From NCBI GenBank assembly GCA_034780895.1, contig JAUZTB010000084.1:5106715-5163918 (forward strand): a stretch of DNA of 57,204 nt, given 5' to 3'. A program made the position numbers and the translations under genes. The notes beneath the pieces were generated by a model. That model was not told the origin of the DNA and ran no database searches. It saw only the letters and a program-made list of their open reading frames with translations. This DNA comes from Rhynchobatus australiae (Eukaryota). This document shows, one piece after another, positions 49,913 through 57,204 of the stretch (within the stretch, counting starts at the first letter, position 1; the number at the start of each line of letters is the position of its first letter).

Positions 49913-50009
49913 CTTCAAAAATAGAAGGAATCTGCATTGATATTGTTCTTCCTGCTGCATCAGCTCATACTGAAACACCCCGTCAAGTACCATTCATTGA
50001 AGTCTGAAA

Positions 50010-50200
50010 TAAACTCAGGAAATACTGAAATACTCAGCAGTCAGACAGCATCTATGGAGAGAGAAAAACAGAGTTAACGTTTCACATCTGAGATTCTTCA
50101 TCGGTGTTCTGATGAAAGACCTCAGACCCAAAAAGTTAACTGTTTTTCTTTGCGCTGAGGCTTCCTGACCTGCTGAGTGTTAACAGCATTTTCAGATTTC
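50010..50200. mobile_element. Palindromic interspersed element (Penelope-pLTR-like or MITE-like)
   Basis: Imperfect inverted arms actcagcag..gttaacgtttc..tctgag..ttcatc / gatgaa..ctcaga..gttaac..ctgctgagt. Related copies at about 51930, 54960, 56670 and 57000. Confidence 0.65.
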
Positions 50201-50254
50201 CATCTTATGCAATTTTTTTGATTTCCATTTCAAATCTAACCAGCACTGAAATGT

Positions 50255-50500
50255 GGGGAAACACAGCTACCAATCTGTGCTCAGCAAGATCCCACAAGCA
50301 GCATAACAATAATGCTTTTGGTCACGGGATAAATACTGGCCCCACAACACTGAAGAGAATTCCCCTGCTCTTCCTTGAAATGGTGATCGTGGCACCTTTT
50401 ACAACCACCTGAGAGTATGGAATACGGTCTCCTCCAAAGACAACACATCTATCTGGGAATGTTGACCTGGGTGAGGGGCTTGAACCCTCAGTCCTTTAAC
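50255..50500 (-). mobile_element. DeuSINE-type fragment
   Basis: cagcaagatcccacaa..gggataaatactggcc..gagaattcccctgctcttc. Confidence 0.65.
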
Positions 50501-50921
50501 TCAACGAACAGCAAAGTAAGCTGGAAACTAGTTTAAAATGAGTGGAATGGCCCATCTCTGGACTTTATGGGTAGAATGCCTCCCCCATGCACACAGTCCA
50601 TTCATCATCTCCACTGCCCAAAGTTCCTGCCCCCACACCCTGAGGATTGCATCCCCAGCCACCCACTCCTCCCCACAGCTTGATCCAAATCTGCTTCCTC
50701 TGGTCATTGTGAAGGTGGTGAGTGGTGGAAATCAAAGGTTTCAAATCACTAAAGTAGGTCACAGCCCAGAAATATTCACCTTCCTTCCCACTCCACCCTT
50801 CCCCCCAAGCCCCTACATGCCAGGTGCCCACTGGCATTAAATAGAGACTGCAGGTATAAGATTGGTTCTTAAGCCAGGTAAAGCCATTGCACCACCACCC
50901 ACCCCATGAGCAAACACCTAC

Positions 50922-51196
50922 ATTCTGGGCTTGCCCTTGCTGTCAGGGGGGATGATGGTTATCTTCACATTGTCGGCCTTCCTCAGGAGCTCTGCCCTCT
51001 CCTTGTACGACAGCACCACCACTGGCGTCTCGCAGATCCTGACCAGCCGGCTGAAGAGCTTCAGGCCCATCATTTGAGCGTAACCATTCTCCTCCACCTG
51101 GGTCACAATCCCTTCACCATTGGCTTGGAAACCCAGGTGATGGACACTGTTGCGCCGGAGGACGAGGTCTTCAGTCTCGCACCCAGTTGTCACAAT
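50922..51196 (-). CDS. SIPA1: SIPA1 exon encoding the PDZ domain (phase 0 to 2)
   Basis: IVTTGCETEDLVLRRNSVHHLGFQANGEGIVTQVE...SRLVRICE...LLRKADNVKITIIPPDSKGKPR matches the SIPA1/SIPA1L PDZ. Acceptor aaaacag|ATT, donor AT|gtaggt, 275 bp. Confidence 0.92.
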
Positions 51197-52749
51197 CTGT
51201 TTTGGAAACACACAGAGGGGACTAGAGTCAGGAAAATTCCACGCAAAGGTCCCTTCGCCCAGTGAACAGCAGAAAGCTATTCAGCCCCACAAGCCTGTTC
51301 TGCCATTCAATGAGATCATTGCTGATGTTGTGCTTTGTCCATCTTCTAATCCCTTGTCCCCTGATTTCCTCCATGCTCAAAAATCTCAGCCTTGAATACA
51401 CTGCTCATCTGAGTATAGAATTACAAATATTCATAACCCACCGAGGAAAGAATTTTGAAGTTCTAAACAGCCAACTCCTTATCCTGAAATCACACTCCCT
51501 AGTTCATGACTCTGCAGCCATTCATCATCTCCTGTCGGTATTGATAAAAAAAATTTTAACTGATCAAGTAATAAAAGATTATGGAAAGATTTCACAGGGT
51601 GGATGTAAAATGGGGGCTGAGCAAAAATGTGTACATCATAAATATGAGTCACTAATAAATCCTGTAGAGAATGTGGGAGAAACTTCTGTGGAACTTGCCT
51701 GCACAGGGGATGGTAGAGGTGAACAGCAGAGATGCTCTAAGGGTAAACTGGATAAGGGAGAGAGGATTAGAAGGATGTGGTGGTGGAGGGGTGTGAGGAG
51801 GCTCTATGGGCATTAGCAAATACTGGCAATGAGCAGAAGGGCTGAAAGGTCTATTTCTGTAATCCAATGCAATTTGATAGCATTTCAATTAAGGTCAAAT
51901 CAATCAGCTTGAAAGCATTGTCAAACATAAATACTCAGCAGGTCAGGCAGCATCAAAGAATTATTGTTTCAGATGAGTTCAAATGGATGTTCAAACAGAA
52001 AACGCTAACCATTTTTTTGCCACAGATGCTGCCTGACCAGAATATTTCTGGCATTTCCAGCATCTGATGGGGGAACAATTCACTTTTGCTGGTATTCTCG
52101 TCCAGCACCAATGCCATCACAGTCACTTGTTTCCTCCTGTGTATCAAACAACAAGCTTAGGACTTGGACATGGGGATAGCATTCCTCAAGGGGAAGACCA
52201 CAACCTCTAGCTAATTACTGAAGACCTAGTCAGGCTCATCCTGATGATTCACAGCACTCCGTGACTGTGGAATGTCACAGAGCGTTACTACTTCCTGTTA
52301 TGATGTCATGGGCAAAGCTATTAGGAAACTGAGGTGATGGAAAGGTCAGGGATTTGTTTAAAAATGCTACCCATGACAATTTATAACTCGCTATTAAAAT
52401 CCTGCGTGTATGCAGACATTTCCCATTACTGAAGTGTTAAGTCACACTTCTCAGAATTTTGCACAGGAATAAGCAGCACCAATTCATCCCCTTGAGCGTA
52501 TCCTACCATTGATGAGATCATGCTGATCTGTTAATCACAGTTTCAGCTACACATCCCTTAATGCTCATTGCAAGGGAAAAATCTACTGATTACAGATTTA
52601 AAATAATTAATTAAGCTTGCATTGATTGCTTTCTCATGGGAAAAAGTTCTATACTTTTACATTCTTAGTCTGAAGAAGTTCCTTGTTGCTGGGTAGATAT
52701 GCTGATTTCCTCACATTACTTCATATTACTTTAATTTTCTCCAGACAAA

Positions 52750-52995
52750 GGAGGTTGTTCAGCCCATTGACTCTGTGCTGGCTCGTAAGCAACTTCATCA
52801 TCCATTCCCCCACTTATTTCGCTGTATCCTGTCCTCTCTCACATGCCCGTTAACTCCCCCTTGATTCTCCTTCCCACTCTACAGGAAATTAACATACTGT
52901 ATGAATCAGCATGTTTTTGTGAAAGAAAATTGGAGCACCAGGGGAAACCCAGATAGTCACAAGGAGAACTTGGCAAACTCCACACAGACAGCAAG
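52750..52995 (-). mobile_element. V-SINE fragment
   Basis: ggagcaccaggggaaacccagatagtcacaaggagaac..caaactccacacagacagca. Confidence 0.75.
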
Positions 52996-54229
52996 TATCT
53001 CCCAGTCTTAGGTTCCCCACCACAAGAGAGTGTTTTTCTCCTCGGTCAGCAATCTAAAAATTTCAGATCGGTTCACACTGTAATCTTCTATGTTCTGTAC
53101 AATACAAAACAATCTGCTCTCTACAGCCTGGTACCATCCTGGTAAAATGAACCACACTGAGGCAGCACATCCTAAGGTGAATACTCAGAGCCCCACACAG
53201 TACTCCTGCAGTCATCTATCCAGGACCATTTAAACAGGCCACATTGGTCCCTTTGTCAAGGAGCTTTGTCCATTTGAAGTGGACGTGGGCACTGGCCTGC
53301 ACCTGTCCCAAGATCATCTGCAGACCTGGTGGTTTAGAACTGCCAATCCTGCATATAACAAGTTTCCACAAACAACAATATCATGGACCAGGGTACCCAT
53401 ATCCTGCTGTACTCCCACATTTATTAGTTTTTTACTGTTTAATTTCTGTTTTTCTGTTCCTCCTCATATTTTCCTACATTACACTGCCATTTCTAGCCCA
53501 CCACTTAACCCTGTACATCTTTGTAGAATCTCTGCACCCCCTTCAGCTCACTTTTCCTTCTACCTTTGTATCATCGGAAAATCTAGATACATTATAATCA
53601 AACAGCACAGAAACAGGCCTGTCTGTCCATGTTGTCCATCAAGTACCCACCTTTACTAATCCTATTTACCAGCATATTACCCTCTGTCTTTTCTCTTAAG
53701 TTATTAACTTGTGAGTGGCAGAGAACACAGTACTCATGCCTGTGGCACCCAGCTAGTAAAATGAAAGATTAATTTATTTCTATGATTTGTTTTATATCCT
53801 TTATACCATTCTGCAAACTACAATATTACCCCCATGCCCATAAGTCATAGAATTTTTAAAATTGCCTCTTTGACCAAGTCTTTGCTGAACTGCTCTAGTA
53901 TCTTTGAGGCTTTCTGTCAAAATCTACTCCAATGAAGTCCCTTGTGACATTTTATTAAGTTAAAGGAACTTCATTGTCATTCAATGTGAGAGAGTTGCAG
54001 GGGCTGACCAGAAGGGTGTGCCATTGAGTCAGGTTTTGAAACCTCTCTCCACTTCCTCAAAATAAGAACAAGGCTTTTCAAGGGCTATTTCTACTCATCA
54101 GAACCTCCTAAAGGCAAATTTCAACAACATAGGTACATGTTTGCAGCACAGTGATCCAGAATCTTTTCACTCATTTATTATGATGCAGAAGGAAATCACA
54201 CTGGCTCCCAGGGAAACAATTCCAGTTCT

Positions 54230-54510
54230 GTTTCTGCTTTATTTCCCTGTACTCCTGCAACCTATTCTCTCTTGCAAATGCATCAACTCCCTTTTGATTC
54301 CTTTGCCTCCTGTTGGGATAATTTCCAGTAGCTAGCAACTCATCTTGGGGATGTGGTAGGAAAATAAAGCAGTGGGGTTGCACCAATTGCACACAGTTAT
54401 GGGAAGAACATGCAAACTCCACCCAGGCAGCATGTAGAGTCAGATTTGAACCTGGGTCCCTAGAGATGTGAGGCAACAACACTAACTGCTATGCCACTCT
54501 GTGCCACTAC
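54230..54510 (-). mobile_element. V-SINE fragment
   Basis: gaacatgcaaactccacccaggcagca..tttgaacctgggtccctagagatgtgaggcaac. Confidence 0.75.
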
Positions 54511-54514
54511 TGTC

Positions 54515-56150
54515 CTTAAGCAGCACCTCAGGGTTGAGGATGACTTGCTTCTACCCAAGTTCTGAGGTGACTGATGGGAACCACAGACTCTAATACAGAC
54601 ATGGCTGTACATGCTTGTTGAGATGGGTGAGTGAATAGCTTGTGAAGTGGTGTGCTCCTTTTGCTGAGTGTCTGTACTCCTGATGTACAAACTTCAGTTC
54701 TCAGTGCCATCCCAAATATTCATCCTCCATTTTAAGTGGCTGAGCCTTGGCTTTCCACCAGTTGATGCCAGGTATTATACATTTTCAACAAAGCTTTGAG
54801 AATATCCTTGACACTGGGGATGTTGGCCCTAGCGAGGACAGTTCATTTATCCCACCAATGGATTCGGAGGAGTTTTAGGAGACAGCATTGGTAAGCATCT
54901 CCCCAGTGATTTGAGATGCCTGCTGTGGTAGTCCACATTTCAGAAGCGTACAGGGATAAAAGAAAACTGCTGGAGGAACTCAGTAGGTCCCTTCATCCAG
55001 TCCAACTGAAGGGTCTCAACCCAAAACATCAACTGTCCATTCCCCTCCACAGATCCTGCCTGACTCGCTGAGTTCCTCCAGCAGCTTGTTTTTTGCTACA
55101 AATTCCAGCATCTGTAGTCTCTTATGTCTGCAGGGGGACAGGAATCACTTCCTCCCAGTTTTGTGCTGGGTTTTCACTCTTTTCCTCAGATGGCCAAAGG
55201 CTGTGATGGTTCACGGAGGGAAATGGTGAATTTTTATCGTCAATGCCTAACTTTGTTGAAGGTAATTCCTGAGATACGAGAAGTGGTCCATGTTTTCCAG
55301 GGTCTTGTTGTTAAATTTTATTGTCAGGGAGCTATGATGCACAGCAGGGATTAGTTGGTAAAGAGCCTGTGTTTAGCAGATCTTAAGCATATTCTCGCCA
55401 ATACTTCACTGAACAAGTCAACAGTAACTTGCTCAGCCTCTGAACTTGTGCATGTGCAGGTGCTGTCTGTGTACTGTAGCTCGATAACTGACATTGGGAT
55501 GGCCTTTCCCAGTTCTGACCTTGTTTCAGGAGTATATATCATAGGTTGAACAGTTGTCCATTTGCCTTGTATAAGGAAGACTCTCCAGGAAGCTTGTTGG
55601 AGGTGAGATGCAGCATTGTGGTGAGAGAGGTGATGATGCAGCCTTGTTTAACAGCAGACTGCACTATGACTGGGTCTGAGTGGACTCATTGACTAATGTC
55701 ACAGCTTGTAGGCCATCGTAATGATGTTAGATGGAGATGAATTTCTGTGAACAGCCAAGTTTGGGAATGAGACTCCAGTCCCTCTGGATATCATTTTTGT
55801 GAGATCAAAGAAGGGCAAGTATTGTGGTCGATACTGCTCCCAAAATTTCTCTTGGAATTGCTACATAGTGAAGATTGTGTTTTTTTGTGCCTCTGAAAAA
55901 ATACAATCCTCAGTACAATTTGGGAGCAGCTCTTTGGCCATCAGGAGGAGGTAGTAAGAAGGACTCTGGTGATGACTTTCCCTAGAGACCTCTCTATAAT
56001 TAATACATTTGCACTTGTCCCCTTTCTTGAAGATGGTCATGATTGCAGCATCATTGGGATCTTCCCGCATGTGGGACCTGAGGTTGTGAGCTTGTGACTG
56101 AAGTTCCTCTCCATCTTTTGGAATCAGAGCAGGCATATCATCTGTTCCAT
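54515..56150 (-). mobile_element. Degenerate RTE-clade LINE (RT region), interrupted at about 54955-55125 by a palindromic element
   Basis: GTDDMPALIPK..DAAIMTIFKKGDKCKCINYREVS, matching RTE-type GxDGIPAE..IxTIFKKGD..CxNYRGIS; also VIELQYTD (ELQYADD-like). Confidence 0.8.
54960..55125. mobile_element. Palindromic element copy
   Basis: ctgctggaggaactcag ... ctgagttcctccagcag perfect inverted pair, with internal gaagggtctcaacccaaaac. Confidence 0.75.
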
Positions 56151-56829
56151 GTTTTTCAGTGTGGCACAGACGTGGCAAACAGAATATCAGCAAAGATGGA
56201 ATATTGAAAGCTAACTCCTAATGACATGCTTGGAGAATAGTGTTGTCATAGCCAACACTGATTTTCAGCAGGGACTCAAGCACCTGACCTCCCGGCACTG
56301 TTAGATTATTTTATCTAAGCAAGAGACCACAGGCTTGTCAACAGCACCCATGCCATTGACAGATATGGACTACTAATGGACTGATGACTGCCTAATCTGC
56401 GGTTATCTCCATCAACCTGGACCAAGACAGTGGTGGCAGCAGAAGCACTGCTGCAAGAAAATATGACAACTCTGCATTTCATAGCTGTTACATTTTTACT
56501 CTCTTTCTGTGTAATTGTCTTTATTAACCTATCAACCAGACAGCTTCATCAATAGGTTATCACTGTGGCAACCTTGGCCTCACCTTATCAGAGATGTTCC
56601 CTTTGCCCAACAATCCCTACGACACCCCACCCCCTCTGTAACTGAAAACCAACTTACTTTTTCTCTTTTCCAGTTCTGACAGAGGATCTTCGACCCAAAA
56701 CATTAAATCTATTTCTCTTTCCACAGATACTGTCTGACCTGAGCATTTCCAACATTTTCTGTTTCATTTGCAATAAAGAAATCAATGTCTTAAGTACCCC
56801 GTAAAGATAGCTCTTCTCAAATCAGTGCC

Positions 56830-56990
56830 TCACAGATGACTTGACCACCCCAGAGAGTGTCCACAGCACCTGGGACTGACCTGGACACCTTAATCAGCAC
56901 CTGAGAAGGGACCCTGGACTTTTCACCAGGAAAAGCCTGAGCTGGTTTGATGAGAATGATTAGGAAATCCAGGAGCTAGTTGACCACAAA
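56830..56990 (+). mobile_element. RTE-like LINE fragment
   Basis: tggtttgatgagaatgat.aggaaatccaggagcta translates as WFDEND.EIQEL, typical of the RTE EN-RT linker. Confidence 0.5.
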
Positions 56991-57204
56991 AGAAATAAAG
57001 GACTGCAGATGCTGAAATCTAGACAAAAAACACTGATTCTGGAGGAACTCAGCATCCGTAGAGAAAAGCAGGCAGTCAGCGTTTAGGGTCAGTGCTGGAT
57101 ATCTCCACAGTTTCATAAATTTCTCCACTAATTTTCCCCCTGCTCTCCAATTCACTTGGACTATGTCTGACAACTCCCTCTCCTTCCTCAATCTTTCTAT
57201 CTCG

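Noticed and set aside
40483-51196. Assignment to SIPA1L1/2/3 or RALGAPA
   Set aside because: The short PDZ-to-coiled-coil distance and the SFSELY, TPDL(I/L)LA and WQ..(D/E)IAS.C motifs fit SIPA1. SIPA1L proteins have much longer C-terminal regions and RALGAPA has no PDZ.

Overview
Gappy, repeat-rich vertebrate genomic DNA. The repeat content (V-SINE/HE1-type, DeuSINE-type, CR1, L2, RTE, Tx1) points to a cartilaginous fish, which is an inference. Two protein-coding genes lie in tandem on the minus strand. (1) An apparently intronless INSM-family SNAG/C2H2 zinc-finger gene (ATG 21543) whose last fingers and stop codon fall in an assembly gap. (2) The 3' part of a SIPA1 orthologue, which I rebuilt by hand as seven frame-compatible exons (51196 to stop at 40483) encoding the PDZ domain and C-terminal coiled coil; the RapGAP exons lie beyond the right edge. 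The most interesting point is the linkage. Mammalian INSM1 and INSM2 sit beside RALGAPA2 and RALGAPA1, not SIPA1, and this protein is divergent, so it may be a third INSM ohnologue lost in mammals. Other points are a possible intronic poly(A) isoform of SIPA1 lacking the coiled coil, motif-dense candidate neural/endocrine enhancers, palindromic elements with decayed hammerhead cores, and an Illumina adapter remnant. Family assignments come from recalled sequences, not database searches, and repeat boundaries are approximate.
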